DNA of 64,000 bases from contig QPMI01000454.1 of NCBI GenBank assembly GCA_004431415.1, positions 21,558 to 85,557 on the forward strand. Reading direction: 5' to 3'. Shown in pieces: positions 36,001 to 47,454 of the stretch (position 1 is its first letter; every line of letters starts with the position of its first letter). This DNA comes from Cyanophora paradoxa CCMP329. Taxonomy: Eukaryota > Plantae > Glaucophyta. The notes beneath the pieces were generated by a model. That model was not told where the DNA came from. It saw only the letters and a program-made list of their open reading frames with translations, and made no database searches. Position numbers and translations under genes: made by a program.

Positions 36001-37013
36001 AGTACCCCCTCCAGGTCCTGGTGATCCGCGAGTTCGAATCGCCGTTTCTCTCGAACCTGCAGGTGGGCGCCCCTGTACCCCCCGCGCTACAGCTAGATCC
36101 TCACCAGACCCCAGCGCAAGAACATCACGTTGGAGCACGTCGCGGCGCCCGTCGAACAGGCCTCCGCCGAGGCCGCCCGCGCCGCAGTGCGCTGTACCCC
36201 CTCCGAGCGGGTGTTTGAGATGACGCCGTGCCCCGCAGATCCAGCAGCTCGTGCGCTCGGACCGGGAGCTCGCGAAGAGCGCGCACAACGCCTACCGGAC
36301 CTTCCTGGGGTACTACGTAGGCGCCTGCAAGCAGTGCGGCCTCTCCAAGCCGGAGATGGTGCCCCCGCCTCCCTTCGCCCCCCCGCTGTGCTCTCATACC
36401 CCTCAGATCGCCCGCGCCTTCGACTTCGCGTACTCCATTGGCATCGGTGGCCCCCCCCCACCCCTCCCCCCCTCTGCCCCATCCCCCTCCTCCCCTCCCG
36501 ATCCCCCTACCCCCCACTTCCCCCCCCCTACCCCCTCCCCTCCCCCTCTCTCCCCCTTCCCCTCTTCCCCTCCCGCTCGCCCCTGCCCCCTTCCCCCCCC
36601 CCCCCCCCCCCCTTCCTCACGCCTGGCAGACCGGGTGGGGCCGATCGAGGCGCGCACGGTCGGGAAGATGGGCCTCACCAAGGAGATGTTCGCCGCCGCC
36701 GAGCGCCAGTACTACGGCGCCACCGTGCGGCCGCCTCCCAGCCACCTTGGCGAGGGCCCGCTCTGACCGTGCCGCCGCCCACGCGCAGCTCGGCGGCGCC
36801 AGCGTGCAGCCCGCCGCCCCGCGCCCTCCCCGCGATCGCCCGGCCCCCGCAGGCCCCCGCCGCGCACCGCAGGGCGCCGAGCGCCCCGCGCTGCAAACTG
36901 AAGCTGAAGTGCGAGATCGGTTCAATCTCAAGCTCGAATCCAGTGCCTATCGAGATGCTGGCAGAAGCGGTGTCACGGATGGCGCCCACGGCGCAGCACG
37001 CTGCCAGAGATAA
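33058..37013 (+). CDS. DEAD-box RNA helicase, Mss116/plant RH25-26-31-like, with predicted organellar transit peptide; ~25 introns
   Basis: Spliced: Q motif (GFHYMTEIQ), AKTGSGKT, TPTRELA, GG, TPGRL, DEAD, SAT, TDVAARGLD, YIHRIGRTARAG and C-terminal AYRTFLGYY; N-terminus MFTFFAPWQLPAFAHAATPAL (Ala/Ser/Thr-rich, acid-poor). Confidence 0.88.
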
Positions 37014-37096
37014 GAGGGGGGGGGGGGGGGGGGGGGGGATGACAGAGGGACGGAGGGTTATTCCACATCACGGGCTCGGCTGCGGCATGTGTGCGG

Positions 37097-40000
37097 TCAG
37101 AGGTCACGCTTTGACAGGAAGGCAGCCGGCCGCACCGAGGCCTCGTCGAGCGTGCCCTCCATCTCCTCGAACTTGCGCTTCATGGTGCGCTGGAACGCGT
37201 TCTCCATGTTGCGCTTGAACTCCTCCTCCATCTCCTCGAACTTGCGCTTCGTGGTGCGCTTGAGCTGCTCGAGCGCGCTCGCTGTGGCCGCTCTCGCCCG
37301 CCGCTCTGCCTCCAGCTCCCGCCGCGCCTCCTCGGCTGCACCCTGCGACGCGGTCAGGACTCTGGCGGCCCCGAGCTTGACGCCCAGCACGGCCTCGGGC
37401 CCACTCGCCTTCAGACGCACGTTCTCCTCCTCCAGCTTCCGCCACGCCTCCTCGGCTGCACCCTGCGACGCAATCGCCACCTCCAGCTCCGCCTGCTTCG
37501 CGGCGGCATCGGCAAGCAGAGAGCTCTGTCCGGAGCCGCCAAGTAAGCGGTGTCGGGTTGACCCCCGCGGAAACGCAGATCCAGACCTGCTCGCGCCGGA
37601 TGGCCGCCGCCTCCTCCTGTGCCGCCGCCAGCGCCCCCTCTGCTTTCTTCGCCCTCTGCAGCAGCTGCGCGGGTTCCAGCCCCTTGGGCCCGATCTCAAC
37701 GAGGAAGGCGAGCGTGCCGCCGCACAGGAAGCCGGCCGCCGGGTCCGCCACGAGGGCGAGAGATTGGAAACAATGCCGTCCGAGGCTGACCATCGATTCT
37801 TTCATTTTGCAATTAGCCACCACGTCCTTGGTTGGGTCCTTGTTTAGGAGCTTGATGGTGAAGTCAGTCTTGAATGGAGCGCCATCTGCTTGTTCCAGAT
37901 AAACCGCGAGGTGCTCCTTGCTCCTGCCGTCGCCGTTCTGCCCGTTCGGAGCTACCACCAATTTCCTGCTGACAAATGAGCTGGATCGCTTGCCACGAGA
38001 TGCGGGTGGCACACCACTGCCTGTTGTTCTCCGGCATGACTAAGATGCATCTGCGCCCCTCGCCCGCCGCCTCCTTTCGCTTGAGGTAGTTCGGCACAAT
38101 GACCACAAACGACTCGCGCTGCGGGGCCGGTGCGTCATGCGGCGAAAATATCCATCCGTCCAACCGAACTATGTATACGAAATGTAGCGCACCCCCTCAA
38201 GCGCCGTGTGGAGCACCTCCAGTCTCTGCCGTACGCGCTGCTCGCTCTCTAGCTGTTCCTGAGCGAGCCCCTGCCATGTCAGCCCGAGCCACGACCCCCG
38301 TACATGCGCAGGGCAATGACTCACCAGCAGCTGCGCGGCGTCCGGCCCCTTGGGCCCGATCTCGACGAGGAAGGTAAGCGTGCCGCCGCACAGGAAGCCG
38401 GCCGCCGGGTCCGCCACTTGGCAGAGATCCTCGAAACGTGACCGTCCGAAGCTGTCCTCTGATTCCTTCATTTTGCAATTATCCACCACGTCTTTGGTTG
38501 GGCCCTTGTTCAGGAGCTTGATGGTGAAGTCGGTCTTGAATGGAGCGCCATCTGCTCGTTCCAGATAAACTGCGAGGTGCTCCTTGCTCCTGCCGTCGCC
38601 GTCGCTGTCGCTGTTCTCCCCGTTCGGAGCTACCACCAATTTCCTGCTGACAAATGAGCTCCGGGGATCCAATGGACCGCCTGCGACGAGATGCGGGTGG
38701 CACACCACTGCCTGTTGTTCTCGGGTGTGAATGTGTTGTATCTGCGCCCCTCACCCGAATCCTCCTTCCGCTTAAGGTAGTTCGGCACAATGACCACGAA
38801 CGACTCGCGCTGCGGGGCCGGTGCGTCATACGGCGAAATCCATCCGTCCAACCGAACTATGTATACGAAATGTAGCGCACTCCCTCAAGCGTCGTGTGGA
38901 GCACCTCCAGTCTCTGCCGTACGCGCTGCTCGCTCTCTAGCTGTTCCTGAGCGAGCCCCTGCCATGTCAGCCCGAGCCACGACCCCCGTACATGCGCAGG
39001 GCAATGACTCACCAGCAGCTGCGCGGCGTCCGGCCCCTTGGGCCCGATCTCGACGAGGAAGGCGAGCGTGCCGCCGCACAGGAAGCCGGCCGCCGGGTCC
39101 GCCACGTGGCAGAGATCCTTGAAACGTGACCGTCCGAAGCTGTCCTCTGATTCCTTCATTTTGCAATTATCCACCACGTCTTTGGTTGGGTCCTTGTTTA
39201 GGAGCTTGATGGTGAAGTCGGTCTTGAATGGAGCGCCATCTGCTCGTTCCAGATAAACTGCGAGGTGCTCCTTGCTCCTGCCGTCGCCGTCGCTGTCGCT
39301 GTTCTCCCCGTTCGGAGCTACCACCAATTTCCTGCTGACAAATGAGCTCCGGGGATCCAATGGACCGCCTGCGACGAGATGCGGGTGGCACACCACTGCC
39401 TGTTGTTCTCGGGTGTGAATGTGTTGTATCTGCGCCCCTCACCCGAATCCTCCTTCCGCTTGAGGTAGTTCGGCACAATGACCACGAACGACTCGCGCTG
39501 CGGGGCCGTGCGTCATGCGGCGAAATCCATCCGTCCAACCGAACTATGTATACGAAATGTAGCGCACCCCCTCAAGCGCCGTGTGGAGCACCTCCAGTCT
39601 CTGCCGTACGCGCTGCTCGCTCTCTAGCTGTTCCTGAGCGAGCCCCTGCCATGTCAGCCCGATCGCGAGCCACAACCCCGTACATGCGCAGGGCAATGAC
39701 TCACCAGCAGCTGCGCGGCATCCGGCCCCTTGGGCCCGATCTCGACGAGGAAAAGAAGCGCGCCGCCATGAAGGAAGCCAGCCGCAGGATCTGCCAGCGT
39801 TGAGAGAGTCTTGAAATACGCATCACCATGTTCGACTTTGGGATCATCCATCTCCGCATCCCAAGAGACATTCTTGGTCCGGTCCTTGTTCACGAGCTTG
39901 ATGGTGAAGTCGGTCTGGAATGGAGCGCCATCTGCTCGCTGCAGGAAGACTCCGAGGTAATCCTCGAGGTCTTCATCATCATCGTCCTTAGTCCCGTTCA

Positions 40001-41092
40001 AATTCATGCGCATTTGCCTGCGGGGCTTTTGAAAATTTGAAATCTAGATCTAGAGGCCTATAGCTAGGGAATATATATTAATCTCGAATGCGAAAGCGAC
40101 GGGATCTGGCGGGCGGGAAGCAAACAAACCACGGGCAATGCTCGCTGTCGCGATCGCCAGCATGCGCAGCTGGCGCGATGGTAATGGAGCCTCGCCCCTC
40201 GCCTGTTTCCTCCTTTCGCTCGAGGTAGTTCGGCACCGTGACGAGAAACGACGCGTGCTGCGGGGCCACACACACATGAGGTGAAGACCGTCATAGCTAG
40301 TTATGATACTGACCCCCTCATCACGTGGACGTGGACGTGCACGTGCACGTGGCTCTTGACGAAGGTGCCGGCACTTCGCCTCGTGCGCCTGCCAGGGCGT
40401 ACGCTTGTCAGGATCAGCCCTCAAAGCTCGCGAGCCGCTGGGCCCAGATGCCGAGCGGACGGTGCACGAGAACGCACGGCGAGGTTGTCAGGGTGCATGC
40501 GCCTCTTGCAGCCGGCCGCGGTGCCTCTGCACGCCTGCTTTGCCTGGCATCCATGACCGTGCCTTTCACGCTTCCAGAGGGGGCCCTCCCAATCGCAGCC
40601 GTCGTCTTTGAAAGGGCAGCTGAGAATACAAATTAATGCTATCATAGTATGATCTATAGATTTGGAAGTCTGGAGCAGCGCGCCAGCGCGTTTGCTTGTA
40701 ATTATGGTCAGCGATCGCGACGCACAAGGTGGACCTCTGGCGGAGCTCGCCCTCGACGTCCTTGTTCTCCTCGGAGGCGTCCTTTCTGATCTCCTGTCGG
40801 CACCTGCCCAGTCGCAGACGTCCGCGCGCGGCCCCAATCAACAAATGCTCATGTAAAAGCCTATACAGTTAGAGCTAGATATAGCTATAGGGCGAGGGGA
40901 CACGCACGTCGGGCACGTGACCACGGCGCCGTTCCTGAAGAGCTCATCGTGGCAAACCTTGCAGAACGTGTGCTTTCCCGGGCAGCTGACGCGCATGGGG
41001 CCCTCAAAGATGCAGAAGCAGATGGGGCAGTGGAGGTCGTCGTTCACGCTCGGAGGATTCACGAACATCCCAGTCTCACGAGCCCTGGCCAT
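37097..41092 (-). CDS. TRAF-like protein: RING + TRAF-type zinc finger region + four tandem MATH/coiled-coil units + C-terminal coiled coil
   Basis: DDLHCPICFCIFEGPMRVSCPGKHTFCKVC..CPT (RING); CPFKDDGCDWEG; repeated W/KLVVAPNG..HLAVYLE..FTIKLLN..SFGRSRF..ADPAAGFLCGGTLxFLVEI (MATH). Integrity of the zinc-finger exons not confirmed. Confidence 0.75.
37680..40265 (-). repeat. Tandem ~688-bp genomic repeat (exons plus introns), each unit encoding one MATH domain
   Basis: Near-identical ORFs 38169..38708 and 38857..39396 are 688 bp apart; the flanking units are more diverged. Confidence 0.92.
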
Positions 41093-41599
41093 GTTTCTGG
41101 ATCTAGATCTGCCACACCTGCGCATGCGGTTCGGTGCACGTGGGTCGTGATCTGTGCAGGCCTAGGGTCGTGATCATGATATCGATCGCTGTTATATAGA
41201 TTCGCGGTTCACCTTCTGATTAAAACTACGCGATGACTCGAGCTCGCCGGCCTTGGTGTCAACGAAAGCAATCCTGTCCCCTGCTGCGCATGCACAATCA
41301 TGATTAGAGCGCGAGCTGTAGCGGATCAAATCGATATCTCAGCGGCGATATCTAGATCCGCAGCACCCTGCAGGTTTAATTTTTAAAAAATCTTTTTTTG
41401 ATAACAACGATCTTAAGTTTCAACGTTAACAACTCCGTGCCGCAGTGCGCGTGCGTGGCGGATACGCGCACCGATCGCGAGCTTCCGTGACGATGTCCTA
41501 ACTTGCGATTGCGCACGAGAATGCGTCAGAGCGCGCGAGTCGTGGCAAGGGCACTAAAGCTCTAGCCCTATAGCTATAGCTAGCCTAAGTTGACGCGTA

Positions 41600-43600
41600 C
41601 GTCGCGCGGTTACTGTTTGAATCGAAATAACCGCGGTTGCTGCAGGCCTTACGACGACGAGAGCTCTGGCGCACCCGTCAGGTTTAGACGTCAGGTTTAG
41701 CGATGATCCTCCCCGAGCGCCGGTTGCGCCACAGGAAGTTCTGCAGCTGCTCGCGCGCGGCGGATCGCGCTCCGAGCTTCCAGCGGAGGCCTTGCGATTG
41801 AAAGACCTCCTGATCTGCGCCGAGAATGAATCAGAGCGCGCGGGCCGTGGCGACGACGCTGACGCTGGCGCGCGCTGGCCGCGGCAGGTCAGCCGGCGAG
41901 CTACGACGACGCCGGAGCGAGCAACAGAGGCGCTAGCGGCCTCCGATCGCAGCGGTCGGCGATTTATAGACACGCGGCGCGCGCTCTCCGTGCTGCCGAC
42001 GAACCTTGTTGCAGCCGCACCAAGCGACCGTACCCCTCTGCAGGGCTTCTCACCGATCCTGAGCCGCTCAGCCGCTGCTGAGTCGCCGACTCGCTGCTCA
42101 GAGGCTGCTCGTCTGCTGCTCTCGATCTCCTCAGGCTGCCGGCGCACTACCGGGCTTCTAGCCTCTCCCCAGCTGCTTTCAACTTCTCCGAGGTCATGCT
42201 GCCGGCTGCGCTCTGTACGCTGCCAGGCGTGTGCTGCACCAAATGATGCAGTCAAAGATCTGGCGCCTTGTCATCCGTAGGTGGTGCGATCGAACCCTGC
42301 TGCGGAGATCGCCTTCTGATGATCCGTTCGCTTGCTCGGCAGGCGGGCCGAGCAGAATGGTTCTCCCGAGCCGCGCGGCCCGCGGGCGACCGCGAGACGC
42401 CCCTCGAAGCTCCCTCGAGGCTGCCTCCATCGCTGGCATTCGCTGCGAGTATTGGGGCGTCAACTGCGAACAGGCCGATTGCTTTCTACAGACCTTTATA
42501 CTCGACGAGCTTCTGTACGTACCCCAGCCTCGAGCTCTAGATCTGCATTGTCCTCGCGTGACCGCCGCGGCCGCTGACGCGCCGCGCCGCAACGCAGCAT
42601 CGCACCGCTGTGGAGGCGCGGCACGATCGCTTCTTGCTCCCGGCGCGCATGCGCGAGGAATAGCTCGTCTCGCGAGCCGTCGTGGCCCGCGCGCTAGCCT
42701 TGCAGCTTGCGTATGCGCGTGTCTGCCGTGGCGGGTCCTGCAGCGAGCTCCTTCGCCTCGACCCGGCGCCCTTCCCTGGGCGGCTTCCCCAGCGCCTCGA
42801 CCTGCGCGACTTCGAGGGCTTCGACTGCCGCCGCCGCCCGCGCCGTGCGAGGACGCGCGCGCTGCCTGCCTGATGCTTCTCCCGAGCCCCGCAGTGCGCG
42901 CGGCGTGGGAGCCGGGGGTCGCGTCGCGGCTGGAGGTGGCCTTCAGCGACGTCGCGCCTGCCTCAACGCCCAGGCGCGCCCTGCGAGGCCCCGCCCTGCC
43001 CTGCGCGCTTCTCCCCGCCTGACGCGGCCGGCGGGCAGCTACGGATCGCGAACGCGGATCTGCTCTGCCGAAAAGGGCGGGGCAGCCCTCGGCGAGTCGA
43101 GCACCCGCCCAGCGAGTCCGGCGCCCGCCTCCCGAGGGCCGTCGAGGGCGCGCCCGCCGTCGAGTAGCGCGCGCCCCAAGGGCCCCAGGAGCGAGACCCC
43201 CACCCCGCTCGTCTCCGGCACGCATCGCGCGGCGCGGTCGCAGCCGCTCGCTCTCCTCGTCCAGCCGGGGTCGCCGCCAGCCGGCCGCCCGCCCCGCCGC
43301 CGGCCGCCGCGCCTCACGCCGACCCGCGCAGATCTAGAAGCCCGAGTGCACGCTGGCGGCCGGGGCCCCGCCGGCTCCGCCCGCTCCGTGAGCCTCCACG
43401 ACGCCGCCGTCGTGCGCCCCGCCCCCCGCCCGCCCCCGCCGCCCGCCCCGCCGCCCGCCGTTCCTCCGCCGTTCCACATCACCCACCGACGGACTGGCGC
43501 GAACTTTGCCCCTGGCACGAATTGTGACCACTGCGCCGCCGGGCAGGGTGGACTGGAACTTGACGAAGCCGCTGCACCGGCGGCTGCCTCCCCCCCCCCT
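41600..43600 (+). pseudogene. Degenerate gene remnant(s), ending in a receiver-domain-like fragment (VDWNLTKPL)
   Basis: Intron-like segments and coding-like patches broken by stops; 43545-43580 matches 46865-46908. Confidence 0.3.
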
Positions 43601-43659
43601 CCCCTCTCCCCCTCCCCCCCCTCCCCTCTCCCCCTCCCCCCCCCTCCTCCCGTCTGAAC

Positions 43660-46150
43660 CCGTCTGAAAGGCATCGGGGCAACAAGGTCAAGCAGGTAAG
43701 CAGGTCAAGGTCCTGGTGCGTACCCCCCTCCGCCCCGCCTCCCCGCCCGCCTGAAGAGGGTGCAGCTGAGCTTCCACTCCTCGCTGTCGGTCTTCACGGT
43801 GATGGGCGGCACGAACATGCGCACAGAGGCCACCCGCCTCCTCGGCCGCCAGGTCCATCCCGCCCCCGCTCCCCACGCCATCTTCATCTGAAGGCCGGCC
43901 AGGGCCCGCCCTCGATCCTCATCGCCACCCCGGGCCGCCTGGTCGATCACATCCAAGTGCCCGCCCCGCCCCCCGCCCCGCGCCCCCCGCCCCTCGAACC
44001 GAGCCCTGCGACCTTGGGCAGAACACGCGGGGGTTCACGGAGGCGCTGACGCGGGAGCTGCGCGTGCTCGTCCTCGACGAGGCCGACCGCATGCTCGACC
44101 AGGGCTTCCCGCCCCAGGTGCACCCGGCCCGACCCCGCCCCGGCCCCGCCGCCCACCCCGCCCCAGATGGAGAAGATCCTCGCCGTCCTCCCCCGCAACG
44201 GCCGCCAGACGGCGCTCTTCTCGGCGACCCTGCAGGGCTCCGTGCAGGGCATCAAGCGCCCGCCCCCGCGCCCCCGAGCGCGCCGTCGGTGGGCTCTGAC
44301 GGGGACGGGCGGCTGGCAGGAACCTGTCGCTGCGGGCGGACCACGCCTTCGTGTCGACGGTGCGCGAGGACGAGGCCCTCACCAACGCCCGCTGCAAGCA
44401 GGCCCGCCCCCGTCCCCTCGCCTCGCCGCCGCCCTTGGAGGACCCCGCGGTCCGAGCGCGGCCCGCCCGCAGGAGGTGGTCGTCGCGCCGGACTCGGCCT
44501 ACTTGCACACCGTCGCCCAGGCGCCCTCCCCCTTCTCCCTCTGCCCCGCTTCTTCTCAGGGCGGGGGCAGATTCTGCAGGCGAACCGCCACTGCAAGACG
44601 ATCGTCTTCTTCCCGGTGCCGCGCCCTCCTGTGGAGCCACCGTGGCGCCCGACTCGCTGACGGCGGGGGGGCAGACGACGCGGCTGGTGGACTTTGCGGA
44701 GGAGGCCTTCCGGCTCCTCGGCATCCCCGTCGTCAAGCTCACGGCCCGCCCCCCTGCCCCCCGCGCCCCGTCCGCCTTCCTGAGGCGGCCTCTTCCCTGC
44801 AGGGCCGCATGGCCCAGGCGAGCCGAACCAGGACCTTCTTCTCCTTCTGCGACGCCCCCGGCAGGTCCGCCTTCCTTCCCCGGCCCCCGCCCTCCCCGCC
44901 CCGCGTCTCACCGCCTCGCGCAGCGCCGGGGGCGGCTCGGGCGGCGTGATGGTCTGCACGGACGTCGCCGCCCGCGGCCTCGACATCCCCGACGTCGAGG
45001 TTCGACTCCGCGCGGCTCCTTTCGCAATCTCGGGTTTGATTCTGGATCCTGAGAGCTCCCCCGCAGCTGATTGTACAGGCCGGCATCCCGTCCGCTGTGG
45101 TGCGCTGCCTTCAGATCCTGTACCCCGAATCGAAGACTTGACGTACGTACCCCAACAGGAGGAGTACATCCACCGCATCAGCCGCACGGCCCGGGCCGGC
45201 AACACAGGCCGCGCGGTTCGCGCTTTTCGTACCCCTGCCTTCGTGTTCTAACGTACCCCCTCCAGGTCCTCGTGATCCGCGAGTTCGAATCGCCGTTCCT
45301 CTCGAACCTGCAGGTGGGCGCCCCTGTACCCCCCTCGCTAAAAGCAGATCCTCATCGAGCCGCAGCGCAAGAACATCACGCTGGAGAGCGTCGCGGCGCC
45401 CGTCGAGCAGGCCTCCGCCGAGGCCGCCCGCGCCGCAGTGCGCTGTACCCCCTCCGAGCGGGTGTTTGAGATGACGCCGTGCCCCGCAGATCCAGCAGCT
45501 CGTGCGCTCGGACCGGGAGCTCGCGAAGAGCGCGCACAACGCCTACCGGACCTTCCTGGGGTACTACGTGGGCGCCTGCAAGCAGTGCGGCCTCTCCAAG
45601 CCCGAGATGGTGCCCCCCGCCTCCCTCCGCCCCCCCGCTGTGCTCTCATGCCCCTCAGATCGCCCGCGCCTTCGACTTTGCGTACTCCATCGGCATCGGT
45701 GACCCCCCCCCTCCTTCCCTACCCCCCTCCCCGCCCCCCTCTCCCCCCCTCCCCTCCCCTCCTCCCTCCCGCTCCCCCTACCCCCCCACTTCCCCCTACC
45801 CCCCTCCCTCCCCCATGCCCCTCCCCCCTCTCCTACCCCCTTCTCCTCTCCCCTCCGCCCCCCCCCTACCCCCTTCTCCCCCCCACTTCCACCTCCCCCC
45901 TCCCTCACGCCTGGCAGACCGGGTGGGGCCGATCGAGGCGCGCACGGTCGGGAAGATGGGCCTCACCAAGGAGATGTTCGCCGCCGCCGAGCGCCAGTAC
46001 TACGGCGCCTCCGTGCGGCCGCCTCCCAGCCGCCTTGGCGAGGGCCGGCCGGCTCTGACCGCGCTGCGGCCCACGCGCAGCCCGGCGGCGCCAGCGTGCA
46101 GCCTGCTGCCCCGCGCCCCCCTCGCGATCGCCCGGCCCCCCGCAGGCCTC
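43660..46150 (+). pseudogene. 5'-truncated duplicate of the DEAD-box helicase gene (introns retained)
   Basis: Colinear with ~34410-36855 at high identity; lacks Q motif and Walker A, motif Ia (LTPTRELA) is deleted, and motif VI is changed to HRISRTAR. Confidence 0.85.
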
Positions 46151-46437
46151 TTGCAGGCCCGCGCACGGGGGCAAAGAACGCGGTGTTGGGTGCAAGGTCG
46201 CCAAGGCCCTCCCCGCCGTCGCCAGCCACGTCCGGCTCCTCCAGTCGATCCTGGCGAGCGCTGCACCCCGCCGCGCGACCCGCCGCCGCCTCTCACGCCC
46301 TCTGCACTTCATCTCTAAACACGGTCCGCGCCCCTTCCGCACGCGCCGCGCCCGCCCCGCCGGCCGCGCCTCACGCCGGGCGCCGGTCCCTGCAGGTCAC
46401 GCCGGGCCCCGCAGGCCGGCGCCGCCATTCCTCGGGA

Positions 46438-46950
46438 CATGGTTGTGCACGCAGCGCGGCGGCCGGCGCGGCGGAGATGGGGCGTCCTCAGGGGGTCGAA
46501 ACGAGCGGGAGGGAAGCTCAAGCTCTGCCGCGCCGCGCCGCGCCTGCATTCTACTCATCGATGACAACGCCGTGTGCCCCACCGCGCCCCGCCACGACGA
46601 GGCGGGGCGCAGGTCGAGCTGCAGGGCAGGCGGTGGTGACGGCGAACGACGGGCTGGAGGCGGTCGACGCCTACGTGCACCGCTGCGCCGAGCCGCCCGC
46701 CTCCCCTGGAGGGGCCTCCGACCTCGACCGCCCTCGCAAGCGCGCCCCGCCCTGCTTCCCGCCCTCTTCACCGCCTGACAGGCGTGGGGACAGCTCGTGG
46801 CGATAGGTACACGCCCCGCTGCCCCGCGCGCTTCCCCCCTACTTCCGACCTCTGCACCGCCAGGCAGAGTGGACTGGCATGGAACATGACGAAGCCGCTG
46901 CACCGGTGGACGTCGCTGCACCGGTGGATGCAGGCTCGCCTGCAGCGCCC
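46438..46950 (+). pseudogene. Response-regulator receiver domain remnant
   Basis: ILLIDDNA, then AGQAVVTANDGLEAVDAY, later (W)NMTKPL with a 5-nt frameshifting insertion; no phospho-acceptor Asp segment found. Confidence 0.55.
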
Positions 46951-47454
46951 CCTTTGCCGTAAGAGGGGCATGGTGCGGCGCCCGCCCCACCTTTGGCCGC
47001 CGAGCGCCAGCCGACCGCTGGCGCAGGGCCGGCTGGGTTCTGGCTTCGCGAGCCTGCCGCTCGGCTGTGCGGAGGAGCCGAGGCACTACCGCCTCCTCGG
47101 GCGCGGCAAGGAGACGCTGGTGACCCGGGGCAGCTCGCCTGTCGCCTTCCACGCCGGCTCCCTCTGCGAGGCTGGCGAGAGGGGGAGGGAGGGAGGGAGG
47201 GAGGGGCCCGGGGGGGCCCGGGGTGGAGGTCCTCCCTACCCGTCTCTAGCGTTGTTCTGTCCACCGGCATTAGTCTCTGCTGTGCCCCTCCTATTGTTTT
47301 GCCGCTTCAACCTCCTGCCTCTTTTTGTGCTCAGCTGTCTTCCACACCCTTTAAATCTTTTCCATCGTTCAAAGGAGTTCTCAGCCTCCTCTAGGTTTGT
47401 AGCTTTGCACAGCGGCACTGTTAGTTGTATATAGCTCGATCTTGTCCCAGGCCC

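Noticed and set aside
36448-37038. Poly-C/poly-G tracts as functional G-quadruplex elements
   Set aside because: Low-complexity intronic or 3' tracts, variable between duplicates and prone to sequencing error; no specific evidence.
41678-41700. Telomere-like GGTTTAG repeats
   Set aside because: Only two copies within a short local duplication; not a telomeric tract.
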